From the IMG/VR virus record IMGVR_UViG_3300021964_007369, positions 27,801-91,800 of that record: 64,000 bases of DNA; one strand, given 5' to 3'. The stretch's first letter is position 1, and every line of letters begins with the position of its first letter. Under the pieces are notes generated by a model. It was not told the origin of the DNA, searched no databases, and worked only from the letters and a program-made list of their open reading frames with translations. The DNA comes from a virus. Below are positions 40,301 to 48,250 of the stretch, piece after piece. Both the position numbers and the translations under genes were made by a program.

Positions 40301-43216
40301 AGTAGGAGTAGCTGGTATCCAACACCCATCAGTTGACGTATAATCGTATATTGTTATTTGATCATTTTCAACTAACGTTCCTGTAATATTAATAAAGCCT
40401 TCGGTTGTTAAAACATAATCTTCATTTATTACTAGTTGTTGGTTATTTTTATAAACTGCTATTGCACGATTTGAAAGTACATTATTATCAAAAGTATCAC
40501 CGAAGCTAAAAAATTTGTCATTAATATCAAACACAGTATAATCGTATCTTAAAAATCCTTCAAAAGGAACCATGTCTGAAAAATAAAACGGATCAGTTTT
40601 TGTTTTATCTTGCATCATAGTTTTTAAAATAAGATCTACATGCTCCTTAACTGCGCCGTCGTATCCTAAAGAATCTGCTGTTTGGATGAACAAACGTTTA
40701 AACTTACCGTATTCAGCTTTTGCAAATCTAATTGCTTTTACAATATCACTTTCTTTATTTGTTAAATGATATGCTGAAAGGTTAATACTTCCGCTATGTT
40801 GTACAAATCTTGTTCCGTATTTTGATACAGGTCCTAAGTTTCTTAGGTTACTTGTTCCTGGATATGTTCCTTCAAAATCAGGAGTGTTTTCAATAATACT
40901 TTCAACGTGATCACTTACTTGTCCAAAAGTAAATGACGTAACATTTTCGTTAAGAGGATTATTTTCTAAGTTAATTGGAAACTCAAAATATCCGTTTGAA
41001 TTTTTCTTTGCTTTTGATTGTGTTTTTACTATTAACTTATCAGTTTCTGATAAATTATTTTCTAAGTTAACAAATCTAATATCATTTAAATTATATAAAC
41101 TATAATCTGAACCATTTTTTAGTTTTTTATTGTTAAGAAAAACTTCAACTATTAAATCTGATAAATTTCCACTATTTTTGTATACATCTATAGGATAATC
41201 ATTTATTAGTTCTTCTGTGTTATATTGTCTAACAACTTTTTGTTTACTGTCAGTGTCAGCCTTTATCCAGGATGTTACACTACTAAACTTTGTTCTATCT
41301 TGATATTGTTGTAAAAATAAATTATCTGTTGTTACGGTAATAACATCAGTACCTGATTGATAATTGAACTCATCACTTAGCAAATTAAAATCAAATATTA
41401 TATCTCCACTATTATTAATACTTTTATAACTTAACGGAAATCCTAATTCAGTATCTACTGTTCCAGTACCTTCTTTATAACTAAAAAGTTTAGTACCTGT
41501 AAATGTACTTGACTCGTATGTTGAAACACTTACTCCATCGTTATCAAACAAATCAAACAAAGGTGCTTGATTAATCTTAGTTTTTTCCTGTGCTATATTC
41601 CAAGTAGTTCCGTTATAAAATAAAATTTTACCTTTGTAGGCATTACCTGTTTTAACAAGTACTGTTTCGTTTAGTAAAGGATCGGAATCAGTTTCTTCTT
41701 TAAGAGCAATTTGTGTATTACCATTATGTAAAAGTAATGTAACTTTATAAACTTTGCCTTTTACTCGTGCATCAGTGTCTGCTCCAAATATAACACGCAT
41801 TCCTTCAACAAGTTCAATACCATCAACATTATAACCTAAACTACCTTCAACAACCGATAATGCATCTTTAGTAAAGTTATCAAATACGTCAACATCTTTT
41901 TTAACTTGTGTACCAGTGTTAATAAGTTTTAGTCCTTCGTCAAACTCAATAATAGGACGCTTTGCTCTATTATTTTGATCTAACAATGTTGTTAGTCCTA
42001 ATATTTTACTTGTAGTTGCAACAGTATCTTTATGGAACCATTTATTATATCTTGACCACTGGTTACTATCTGGTGAAGATCTATTAATAACAATATAATC
42101 TTTTGTTCCAGCATAACTTAGAGCATCATCAAAAGGAAGTTTGTCAAAAGGATTAGTATCAAATTCTGTGTTTATATCAGATAGATAACTTGCTGTAATT
42201 TCTAAATTATTAGCCAAAACTAATTTAATAGACTTACCAACACCTTCAACATACCATTCGCCTGTATCATATTTTGCTGGACTTACAATGCCTTCAAATT
42301 TTAATTTCATTCCATTTGAAAGTTCATATCCATTATTCATGGTATATGTTTTTCTGCCTATTATTTCTTCTTCAACATTTATTTCACTGTTTTCTTCTAT
42401 GTTTAATATTTTGATTAAACCACTTGCTTCAATATCAAGGTCATTCATGTAATACAAGTAAGGCGGTGCATCTAACGGAACAGTAAATGTAACTACTCCT
42501 TGCTCAACTTTTTGTTCTGATAAACCTTTGTTGTACAAATTATCATCTGCGATTCTACTAGTATTTCTAATAGCAAATGGCATATCATCTGTGTTAATAT
42601 TAAATGTATACGTTTGTCCACGATAAAGTGTAAGAGTAGGATTTGGTGTAGGTGTATCGTCGTCAAATGCATATGCAATATTGTCAACATTATCTACTTT
42701 TGTCACACTAATTGTTGATTGCAAATTTCGAGGTTCGCCAATTACAGTAATACTGTCTGGGCCGTTTGGTAGCCAATAGTATTCGCGGAAGTTAGTAAAC
42801 TTATCCCAATCAATATTAGGATTCCATGCATAATATTCTTGTGCATTTAGTTTACTATGATCTGTAACATTTCCTTGTCTTACTTTAATACTGTTGACAT
42901 AGTCATTATAATCAGCATAATAGTTTACGTTGTCAAGGTCATCTTCAATTACAACTGCTGGTTCAAGTTGATAATTTGATCTTTCATCACTTACATCACC
43001 AATATAGTTGTCTATTGTTTGGTTGTATGCTTTAGATGATTTGCGTCCAAAATAACCGTCAATCTTTTCAACTACACCAGGTTGGGTAAGTTGATCTAAT
43101 GTGCTGGTTAGAAATTTTTGGTTTGCTACTGTTCTAAAGTACTTAGGAAGCAACTCATGACTTCTACGCTTTTTATTGTTTTTTCCTAAAGGAATATTAA
43201 ATTCATCATTGGCCAT
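28370..43216 (-). CDS. Giant (4948 aa) multidomain virion/baseplate protein
   Basis: Uninterrupted 14.8-kb ORF downstream of the gp6-like gene; CBM5/12-like, FG-GAP-like, GxGY..P and GDGxTxxF repeats. Confidence 0.8.
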   Translation of the reverse strand: MANDEFNIPLGKNNKKRRSHELLPKYFRTVANQKFLTSTLDQLTQPGVVEKIDGYFGRKSSKAYNQTIDNYIGDVSDERSNYQLEPAVVIEDDLDNVNYYADYNDYVNSIKVRQGNVTDHSKLNAQEYYAWNPNIDWDKFTNFREYYWLPNGPDSITVIGEPRNLQSTISVTKVDNVDNIAYAFDDDTPTPNPTLTLYRGQTYTFNINTDDMPFAIRNTSRIADDNLYNKGLSEQKVEQGVVTFTVPLDAPPYLYYMNDLDIEASGLIKILNIEENSEINVEEEIIGRKTYTMNNGYELSNGMKLKFEGIVSPAKYDTGEWYVEGVGKSIKLVLANNLEITASYLSDINTEFDTNPFDKLPFDDALSYAGTKDYIVINRSSPDSNQWSRYNKWFHKDTVATTSKILGLTTLLDQNNRAKRPIIEFDEGLKLINTGTQVKKDVDVFDNFTKDALSVVEGSLGYNVDGIELVEGMRVIFGADTDARVKGKVYKVTLLLHNGNTQIALKEETDSDPLLNETVLVKTGNAYKGKILFYNGTTWNIAQEKTKINQAPLFDLFDNDGVSVSTYESSTFTGTKLFSYKEGTGTVDTELGFPLSYKSINNSGDIIFDFNLLSDEFNYQSGTDVITVTTDNLFLQQYQDRTKFSSVTSWIKADTDSKQKVVRQYNTEELINDYPIDVYKNSGNLSDLIVEVFLNNKKLKNGSDYSLYNLNDIRFVNLENNLSETDKLIVKTQSKAKKNSNGYFEFPINLENNPLNENVTSFTFGQVSDHVESIIENTPDFEGTYPGTSNLRNLGPVSKYGTRFVQHSGSINLSAYHLTNKESDIVKAIRFAKAEYGKFKRLFIQTADSLGYDGAVKEHVDLILKTMMQDKTKTDPFYFSDMVPFEGFLRYDYTVFDINDKFFSFGDTFDNNVLSNRAIAVYKNNQQLVINEDYVLTTEGFINITGTLVENDQITIYDYTSTDGCWIPATPTKLGLYPKYIPTATIDDSYVLNDPETTGPFKIYGTENNKLGWYYPLYTTEVDANSLDTDNGGNGTSKPIMFDGSNIVFYLPTTGGTEAGNNIDDYESYPKLVCTIQGHDGSKIKAYGDYRDNLIIELEKRIYNNIKQAYDQTIFNIEDFIGSYENPTNFDRYEITSSLIVDFNQWLDLVGSIDYTNNTIHAIGNGFTYNYSHAQYPNGDNLPGYWRAIYKEYYGTDRPHTHPWECLGFTIKPTWWDDEYGTAPYTSDNLVLWTDIQNGIINQPTKTVSKYKHVDLLKYIPVDNDGNLMPPNLTGLAKNTITPLFASSFRFGDEGPVESAWRKSSDYSFSVLIAWLINQPSKVFATAFDRSRTSRDASGNLVYGTTGKRLSPTNIIFPNGADDDTRVNTSGLVNYMQAILLGNSEESYKKYKTEIKSLNNKLGIKIGGFTQKDKFKLILDSRTPTNEGNLFVPDENYKIFLNTSSPLDLVSYSGIIIEKRANGFMVRGYDKTSPVFKYFAPIRQQNDPAIRIGGISQSFISWDSNSVYTQDQIVQFNTTFYRVTTAHTSSDTFNADNFAKLPFLPEDGGTTALIAKVYEKEVSEVSYGTTFSDVQSVVDFILGYGEYLKAQGFVFDNFNSNITSIEDWKLSAKEFMFWTLQNWKEGTLLTISPSANIIKFEKEYAVVDDVFNNFFDYSLLKADGKKFIPEFSSISRDNSNQFGLQTVNTADGIFHIKIPTVQKEHVVLLDNSTVFNDTIYDKPSGYRQERIKVLGYRSDDWTGGLDIPGFIYDSAETTEWVAWKDYAIGDIVKYKQFYYTAQNKIIGSQKFQSDDFIALASKPESGLLPNWDYKANQFADFYDLESDNFDTEQQKLAQHLIGYQTRKYLENIIPDSVSQYKFYQGFIRDKGTKNALTKLFDKLGSASKESLEFFEEWAIRSGQYGASSGFEEFEIKLNEKDFRLSPQPIDLVNQIDPRDTSLIVKALPSDVYVKPNNYDHKPFPTKYFADGTYKDAGYVNTDDVKFKVLNYDNIADLDITLVATGEYVWVAIEKQSWNVYKHIGTENRITDIVNNGDTATLTLDTIPSITVGDIVGLVNTSNDGFYKVTEVSINKLTIQGTVTDEENIDGFLTKFESARISKLSNLNEFVARTKLFNDETVWVDDDDTGKWQVLQNNIIYSEDKLIEADETGTTLGSAFSVDLNNTTLIASGKNSSGIGDVDVFLRASESEDFKKNQNIPEASTLFDADANFGKGIAISKDAEYFAIGAPDASNVKTQYQDTFEFGRTYAQGDIVSYKEQLWRARRQILPAETTTFTTFNSSALNISPLVDANGNYPDIPYIIRGNYSFPSEATDHILIKAPATQYEATKIGDKLQLKWNQYTTLSASGVLPFDNSPVLSKEFINGEHSIVEKIDLIILIDNTQAVPGVGDTVQTTAGKAEVYYRFNNPDNKTIIYLKDVNGDFETTDDIYSGVAYLGEYTKVFPTDYTAYNGWWLINVGSTFSSDVVAETNPNLIIKDIIKLDEVDTVNLYQNIYDNLKTVPAAQVTPISYIETLSFVEGQTEVVTLSSEWIFRAPVNSTLDIGDLFRFNLNTLRVNNAVQNPSAIGLSFSYLNSSTHVVNDIWDGEIEVLFTNFDLQGNPFIPVVGDTVLDQATNASAEVTKVIRLFDRVRLFVKNTTTGWSLGQANNDLSTLSFFLNDSTERLVGNIVNTKLDTATAGKLIVVDQGEDIPISPSTSLTGLEYWIYEDTSKTGITRTVDAPNQFNFDWQQTNKIPVSSTASASGFTNEGVIGVYKKSSGKDYNLDGYFTVPTAQNNLRLGNKIKIVKDGTTYTIIAHASGNNTEDNEGRLYFFNKTSTDTTFQLGKDPKYRGVFDNTTDYFEDEIVFYNNKLYTAKTNLTSQAFNSNFWTEISESTAIQGFIPNLSGITLGDDSAIEQDLLTNFGEQFDVSANGEVLVTTASYTNHQDSTKPLIKVAVYRKTNGRYQYSQIIDSPISEYEGFGASLSISDDGTKIFIGAPQNSVEAIDSGTVYVYNQVNGTFDLTQTIRSIDKEINTQFGTALSYDAGTLSVTSRGGDIENKTRFDSGTTVFDNKLTTFVTTDSDSGTVSIFELINNTLVYAQDFSLNRDVLYYGDNVKVSSNHVYVSLPEYDNPDDSTTAKGLIIDYKKIRGSKSWRTLRSPIDQANLEKFNGAFLYNTKTQKLVTYLDYIDPIQGKIAGPAEQELAFKTSYDPATYSNVTDNVATQDTLNYTNKKFVGKLWWDIDSTRWINPYQGDIITSINNFSSKFPGTTVNVYEWVQSTLNPEQWDQLADSESGLAQGISGVSLYGNNAYSLIREYDESTGTFTTYYYFWVKNKRIVPNIPGRKISAFEVTQFIDNPDNQGYKFLTFLGNNKFALHNCESLIEDNDIALNVRYWTLDNQDINIHNEYQILTEGLANSKPNVDIERKWFDSLIGYDAQARVVPDPVLSAKQKYGIQNIPRQSMFINRNEAVKQLFERINIVLKEKLIVDEYDLSDLNRRSPTPSIASNEFDRSIDTYAELRLVNTATVKQAKLNLILVNGKIAEIQVTDQGAGYITPPTVEIIDSQGEAGEISLTIDSDGKVNSANIINEGKNYSDSVSAIVRPFTILINADETIGGRWATYALTGTTFQRASSQAYNVSRYWSYIDWYATGYNANTAINFVVNGAYELESIQDSLGSVVKINSVGTGGWLLLKKINDLPGVDYTVNYQTVGRQNGTIKFNSLIYDSKISNTGFDGISYDSGFFDLQPVEELRIILTAIKEKIFITDLEIEYNKLFFSSLRYAFAEQPYIDWAFKTSFVKAKHNVGNLEQKITFKNDSLPSYEEFIKEAKPYKSKIREYVSSYTQIENSQSSVTDFDAPPVYNERAGEIRPQGIIVDGDRVLTGDAETDIYPSKYFIDNVGYEITKIVIGNAGKLYSSAPAVVITGGGGSGATAQAYLGSNGKISSIKVTNSGSGYITAPAVTLNGSIEDGGVEASVSAELGNGKIRNAHIICKFDRTTGTMLLQTLDTTESFVSLANQQLFDLKYPMSLDTNSVTITVNGIEALRSQYTISNIKDTKKGYTRQTGRVSFNTAPTTNSNIVIKYNKDITMLQAQDRISLFYNPTTGMLANDLSQLLEGIDYGGVEVNSINFGGGAGWDADKWFTSSYDTFDTTYEDEVFRITDDSTKVYTLAKPLASGTVYNVYRNGIRIDDPNFGTDAQTNTSAIISSITGSGQTGFTFQDDQNLENIVQFDEEVVTVQDEDIFIIRKQTSDGSFVADPASYDTLIQGGNLNYTTASGVRPEDIIIDGDGFVTPTTSKGPEELVPGQILDTVDIKVFHRSGKGGSVISSNSYRGDGNTTVFKFGVLPQNEDSLFIKVNSTLYAKTQYTVDYANKQITFTTAPSTGSLVNLVSLSGNGEKILDMDVFIGDGSTTSFVTRVNKQDEVNYYVTIDGKVPESIIDIVDGRYVLTFGEAPKDGSIINYAIYEGEAQTFSEIKIDNFVGDGSTGTFTLSLTPFTAQPAIQNMIVKVGNTILSSGYKETFNVVTGREYQMREWQQEPGKLSSNDIKVYLNGTRELISAQDYIIRPFNSSIELFEGVGVPGDLLEIYVTVDSEYSLTTVDDDSTGFTTITFDSIPTINQTIEVYHFSNHDVQNIEKQNFDVVNRVALTVGTDEHEEYHRLRNGVVPLPNIPVDVNYVWVTLNKVLLTPSIDYKLTSNKKAIKLKNNPADNDTIEIIQFSTEGVLGNKFGFRQFKDLTNRTVYKRLGDAKEYRLLNDLNVFDKEIVLDDVSGIAQPNPKDNLPGVIMIGSERIEFFKMTENKLSQLTRGTLGTGVATTHTAGSEVLNQGFQQTVPYKDETVTLTFDGDGSTTAYDLGFTPATNNEFDVFVGGKRLRKNSISKFNVLLDQDSPEADETIPAEFTVDGTTSVVTLAVAPEMGEKVIITRKIGRLWTPNGSSLETTNNLITRFLKAEQAALPE

Positions 43217-46200
43217 TAGTAAGCACTTCCTCCGCTACCGCCGCTAGATCCACTACCGCTATTGCTACTTGAACTGCTACTTGAACTGCTACTTGATAGT
43301 CCTACATTTATACTACTTTGCACACCAACTGGTGCTGTAATAGATGCTGTAACAATGTCGCCGTTTTCTGCTTTAATTCTTGTTGCTGTAATACTATCAA
43401 TTATTTCTATATTATCTACTGTTGCTCCACTTACAAAAATTTCATAGTCTTCTGCTTTAATTTCGTACAGGCTACCAAATGCTTGAGAATCTTGTGTTGG
43501 AACAATAACAATGTTTGCTATATCAGGTGCAGTTGCATTCATGATATATGTTGCAAGTTCTGTAAAACTAAAGTTATCACCAAAATCCCAATTATCTAAT
43601 GTAAAGAATTGATTAATTGCTTGCACAACTCTTGTTTTAATATCGCTATCGTTAGTTACTTGGTCTGGATTTTTAACTATTTTAAATTTTGCTTGCACGT
43701 CTTCAGTTGCCTTATTTCCAAATAGTACTTTGTATCTAACAGGGTGATAAATGATTTCATCACTCACTGATTTCTTTTTATTAATTTCTGCACCGTAAGA
43801 CAAAAATAATTCATCACTACTTGGCGGCAATGGTTGTGTAGGTATACCACCTTTAAGCCATTTTCTAAAGTTTGTATCGTACTGTCTTGTTAGTATATAT
43901 GTGTCAATAATATTACTTGAACTAGGATCGATTCTACTATTTTCATCTGCACTGTGAACATACTGGAATCTTAAATTTGCTCTACCTACAAAGGCTTTAT
44001 AACTTGCACTTATAGTAAGCACTGTTCCATTAATATATTTAAATGCATTAATGTCTGCAATATAAAATACTTGGCCGTTATCATATTGACTATACGCACC
44101 TATATCAGTTTCAGTAGCAACAATTTTTACACTATTACTATTATCATAAACAAATATATTGCTACCTTGTGACGAGTTAGTTTTCTTTAGTATAATATAT
44201 TTTTGTAATGGATTAACTAATTCATCAACAACATTTTCAAAAATGTCTGGGTCATCAACTACACCGTCGTCGTTTTTGTCGTAAAAACCTGCTTCAATTT
44301 TTTTACTATTAACATAACCGTCAATGTCTCTAAACTCTTTAACAATTTCCCAAATAATACCGTTAGTATAAGGAGCTGTTGTGTCTGGCTTAGTATTAAT
44401 ACTTAATAACTCAATTTTATCTTTAATTAATTGACTAGTTTTATTGTCATAAATTTTCTTTGTGCTATCGAAGTAAAAGTTTACTTCGTTATCGCTTTCA
44501 AACACATATCTTAAACTACGCTGTGTAATTGTATACGATTCGCCATTAGTTTCAAACAATAATAACCAACTTGAGTCAAGTTCAGCATTACTAATATCCC
44601 CTGCTTTACCATTACTAAAATCGCCTGCTACATTTAGATTTTCTTTTGTAATAACACGCCATTCTCTTACAGGTTGATCATAACGTAATCCAAAAGTTTT
44701 GTAAGCAAATACTTGATCGATAATTTGTGTTTTAACATCTGTAGATAGGAATCTATTTAATTTTGGTCTTACTTCTTGTAGTACTGCTCCTGTTGGAACT
44801 ACATCGTTAAATGTAATAGGTCCAGATCCGTCTGTTTGTACTTCAGTTCCGTTGCCAACTACACTAATAACTCTTAACCATTTGTAAGTACTCGATCCTG
44901 TATGATCCGCTGAACCAAGCATAGAAGTTCCGTCCGGCATAAAATGATATCCAGGCGCTGGAGTAAATTTAACTAGGCATCCTGGTTCAATATATCTTAA
45001 CGCACCGCCAGTAAACGATCCAACTTGATACTTTTCATCATTGGTGTCTATCAAATAACCTGTACTAGCATTTGTTGATTTGCTGGATTGTACAAGTGTG
45101 GCACCTAAGTCGTTAACAATAATTTTTGAATAGTTGCTGTTATAAAAATTATTAATATCTCTACTACTAAGTAAAGGCTGAATTAAATTTTCAATTTGAC
45201 CTTCGATGTCAGTTTGTGAAGTAAATGTAAAACTGTATTTGTTTACATATTGTTCTTTATAAAGTACACCGTCATTGGCGTATATATTTGTACTAGAGTA
45301 TTTTGCAGTTGGATCTTTTAAATCAAAGTATCTACTAATACCACTCGATGTACGATTAACACTTTTTGTTTTAATAATTTCTTGGCTAACCCCTAAAGGA
45401 ACAACTTGATAATCTTCAGCTGTTATCATTCTGTCTTGTGAATAATATGTTTGCGGTGCAAGGTTTCTTATACTAGCACTTGTTTCACTTACACTTGCAT
45501 TATCAATATTAGATTTTAATCCAAGGCCTATTGTTAGTGTTTCTCTAGTTCCTGCTTTACTTGTATAATCAACTGTTATACTAATGTTTACAAGATCTTC
45601 TGGTCTAATAATAAACTGTCTATTAGCACTTTGTCTATAATATATTCTAAATGAGCCTCTTGGTAAGTTACCAAAAATTCCGTCAGCAAATATTAAATTA
45701 ATTCTATCATCAACTCTTGTTTGTACTGCATAAACATTACGTTTATCTTTTGAGGTTGAGTTGTATATTACGTTATTGCCAGTTGTTGAATCAACTTTAG
45801 ACCAAAGCTGTGATTCAAATCCGATACTATTTAATTTGTACAACCAGACATCACTGTTATTAATGTTAGTTGCATCAATGTTAACAATTTGATTGCTTGT
45901 AGGATTATCAATTGTGAAAGATCCTGTTTGTGTTAATCCTTGTCTAAAGTGTACAAAGTAACCTGTGTTACTACTTCCGTTACCTTGGCCGTCTTCTCTG
46001 TATAAGAATCCTAAATTATTTCCAGGCAATGGAGCTTCTTCAACAATATTGCCAGCATTAATATTTGAACTTGTAACTTCAAATTGTGTATTGCTTCCGT
46101 TTACTGTTTTACTAAAACTATATGTTGGAACGTTAGTGTTCGTAGCATTAAAACGATATTGCTGTGTAAGTACACCATTAACTGTATCTGAGTTATTTGG

Positions 46201-46716
46201 TTTACCAATAATACCATTTTGAGGTAATGCTGAATTTAACGTTTTTGTAAATTGTTCTTGCCAATTTTCATTGCTAGGATCATTCCAAGTAATTGTTTGT
46301 CCAGAAAGATTTATTCCATTACTGTCAATAATAGATTCTGTACTTGATATGCTTTCTAGTTTTAATAAACCGTTTGCCGCTTGGTTACGCTTAGGATTGT
46401 ATGAAAGCAAACGTGCAAGACGTAATACACTTTCTCTACGATCTGCAAGTTCAATAAAGTTTTCTCTAGCATTTAGGTCTGATCGGAAAGCAAGGTTTTG
46501 CCCGAGGAAAGCAATCAAATCTATAAGAGCTAGGTACTCTGAACTTTCAATATAATCGTTAAAGTCTTCTGGATAATTTTGACGTAGGTATCCTATCATC
46601 GCACGACGAAGATTGTCGAAATCGTATGATTTAAAGTCTGCATTTCTAAAGCTCTGGTATACTTTTTTCCAGTCTTCAGCTAATAATAATCTGTTTTGTC
46701 TATCTGTTGTTGACAT
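43216..46716 (-). CDS. gp6: Baseplate wedge subunit, T4 gp6-like
   Basis: DFDNLR..FNDYIESS..LIDLIAF..ENFIELA..SVLRLARLLSYNP; QDRMITAEDY; follows gp25-like gene. Confidence 0.8.
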   Translation of the reverse strand: MSTTDRQNRLLLAEDWKKVYQSFRNADFKSYDFDNLRRAMIGYLRQNYPEDFNDYIESSEYLALIDLIAFLGQNLAFRSDLNARENFIELADRRESVLRLARLLSYNPKRNQAANGLLKLESISSTESIIDSNGINLSGQTITWNDPSNENWQEQFTKTLNSALPQNGIIGKPNNSDTVNGVLTQQYRFNATNTNVPTYSFSKTVNGSNTQFEVTSSNINAGNIVEEAPLPGNNLGFLYREDGQGNGSSNTGYFVHFRQGLTQTGSFTIDNPTSNQIVNIDATNINNSDVWLYKLNSIGFESQLWSKVDSTTGNNVIYNSTSKDKRNVYAVQTRVDDRINLIFADGIFGNLPRGSFRIYYRQSANRQFIIRPEDLVNISITVDYTSKAGTRETLTIGLGLKSNIDNASVSETSASIRNLAPQTYYSQDRMITAEDYQVVPLGVSQEIIKTKSVNRTSSGISRYFDLKDPTAKYSSTNIYANDGVLYKEQYVNKYSFTFTSQTDIEGQIENLIQPLLSSRDINNFYNSNYSKIIVNDLGATLVQSSKSTNASTGYLIDTNDEKYQVGSFTGGALRYIEPGCLVKFTPAPGYHFMPDGTSMLGSADHTGSSTYKWLRVISVVGNGTEVQTDGSGPITFNDVVPTGAVLQEVRPKLNRFLSTDVKTQIIDQVFAYKTFGLRYDQPVREWRVITKENLNVAGDFSNGKAGDISNAELDSSWLLLFETNGESYTITQRSLRYVFESDNEVNFYFDSTKKIYDNKTSQLIKDKIELLSINTKPDTTAPYTNGIIWEIVKEFRDIDGYVNSKKIEAGFYDKNDDGVVDDPDIFENVVDELVNPLQKYIILKKTNSSQGSNIFVYDNSNSVKIVATETDIGAYSQYDNGQVFYIADINAFKYINGTVLTISASYKAFVGRANLRFQYVHSADENSRIDPSSSNIIDTYILTRQYDTNFRKWLKGGIPTQPLPPSSDELFLSYGAEINKKKSVSDEIIYHPVRYKVLFGNKATEDVQAKFKIVKNPDQVTNDSDIKTRVVQAINQFFTLDNWDFGDNFSFTELATYIMNATAPDIANIVIVPTQDSQAFGSLYEIKAEDYEIFVSGATVDNIEIIDSITATRIKAENGDIVTASITAPVGVQSSINVGLSSSSSSSSSSSNSGSGSSGGSGGSAY

Positions 46717-46763
46717 CTATTTTCCTCTTACAAACTATTTATTTGATTGAGAAAAGTACATAC

Positions 46764-47210
46764 TTAATTCAGTAATCCATTACGCTCGTCAAACTGAAAT
46801 TTTAGTTGTTCTGAGATGTTATATGGCAAGTAAGTAATATTGCACTCTATCTGTATTCCATGCTCAAAGCTGTCTACTATTATGTTTGACGCTCTAGTTC
46901 TAGGATCATAATTAACAATTTGTGTTACATTCTTCGCTATTGCTTCTTTTAGTGTTTCTGTTAGTGGTTCAAACAAGGCATCCCAAATAATACAACCAAA
47001 TTCAGGATTTTCTAATCTTTCACCTTGTCTTATATGAAAATGATTAAGCAAATCTTGCTTTATAAGTCCTATATCATAAAGTGCAAAGGATTTGTTTGAA
47101 TTGTTTACTGTAGATGTGCCCCTATATGCTCTAGATGGTACATTAGGCTTCGGCGCTTCGGGCGTTTCAATTTTAATATTTTTATATAAATCTTTTTCTA
47201 CACTACTCAT
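46764..47210 (-). CDS. gp25: Baseplate wedge subunit, gp25-like (start moved to MSSVEK)
   Basis: IKQDLLNHFHIRQGERLENPEFG..LFEP..YDPR GPW/gp25 signature. Confidence 0.85.
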   Translation of the reverse strand: MSSVEKDLYKNIKIETPEAPKPNVPSRAYRGTSTVNNSNKSFALYDIGLIKQDLLNHFHIRQGERLENPEFGCIIWDALFEPLTETLKEAIAKNVTQIVNYDPRTRASNIIVDSFEHGIQIECNITYLPYNISEQLKFQFDERNGLLN

Positions 47211-47218
47211 AACACTAT

Positions 47219-47491
47219 TTAACCTATTATTACCTGCGTTGCACCCGTATCTCTCACGTGTCCGCAACTGTCTGCATCACCTTGTCTATTAATAGGAATG
47301 CCGCCTATTGTTACTAAAGCATTACCATTTGCAGTTACTGGTGAAGCATGTTCGCCAACACCATGACTTTCTATAGGATCGCCGTCTGTAGCAATCGGCT
47401 GTCCTCCTACAGATACAAGTGTTTGTTTTGTACTTGTTATTGCCGCGCCTGCATCATTTTGGTCGCCTAATCTATGTATTTGTCCTGGCAT
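47219..47491 (-). CDS. PAAR-domain spike-tip protein
   Basis: Three PAAR-like repeats (IHRLGD, IATDGD, INRQGD), His residues and CGH metal ligands. Confidence 0.8.
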   Translation of the reverse strand: MPGQIHRLGDQNDAGAAITSTKQTLVSVGGQPIATDGDPIESHGVGEHASPVTANGNALVTIGGIPINRQGDADSCGHVRDTGATQVIIG

Positions 47492-48249
47492 TATACTGTA
47501 GAATCCGTTCCTGCTGTTGCCGCCGCTGTACCATCAATAGGTACATTGTACTGATCGGGTATACTCCAATTACGTTTAATGCTTTTTACGTACTGACTTT
47601 TGCTGTTAAATTGATAATTAGAAACTTTTGCATTATTTCCTTGGTTTCCGCCGAGTACTTTAATAACACCGTTTGAAGTAATTTCTTGTACAAATCCAAT
47701 GTGTCCGCCCGAACGTGTTTTTGATTTAAAAATAATAACGTCCCATTTACGTATTTGACTTGTGTCGCGCCAATCAACTTCGCTACCCCATTTATACCAA
47801 CCTTGACTACTCATTGTTTTTAAAGTAGGAACTCCTGCTGTAAACAATGCCCAACTTACAAATGCCGCACACCATGCATATGCCATTTCACTACTATCTC
47901 TAGTGTAAGCGTTACCACATACTTTATAAGTTTCTAATATTCTTGGGTTGCCTGGATTTCCTCTTTCACGCCAGTCCTGTGTAAGTACATTTTTTAGCAA
48001 GGCATCTAACTTTTCCCATCCTGGACCTTCAGGTAAAGGACCTGGTGTAATATTAGGATCCATTGGAGGTAAATTACTGCTGTTAACATAGCCGCCGCCA
48101 CTTGGGCCGCCGCCTGTTGGAGCTGGATAGTCTCCTTCTAAATCTAAATAATTGTATCTATTTGATTCAATTAATTCGTTCCAGCCTGCATTGTCTTGAA
48201 TTTGTGCAGGATTTACTACTGGACTATTTGGTATTAAAATTTGACACAT
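47491..48249 (-). CDS. CHAP/NlpC-P60 (TIGR02594-like) peptidoglycan hydrolase
   Basis: AWCAAFVSW (catalytic Cys), GGHIGFV (His), LGGNQ. Confidence 0.8.
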   Translation of the reverse strand: MCQILIPNSPVVNPAQIQDNAGWNELIESNRYNYLDLEGDYPAPTGGGPSGGGYVNSSNLPPMDPNITPGPLPEGPGWEKLDALLKNVLTQDWRERGNPGNPRILETYKVCGNAYTRDSSEMAYAWCAAFVSWALFTAGVPTLKTMSSQGWYKWGSEVDWRDTSQIRKWDVIIFKSKTRSGGHIGFVQEITSNGVIKVLGGNQGNNAKVSNYQFNSKSQYVKSIKRNWSIPDQYNVPIDGTAAATAGTDSTV

Positions 48250-48250
48250 A

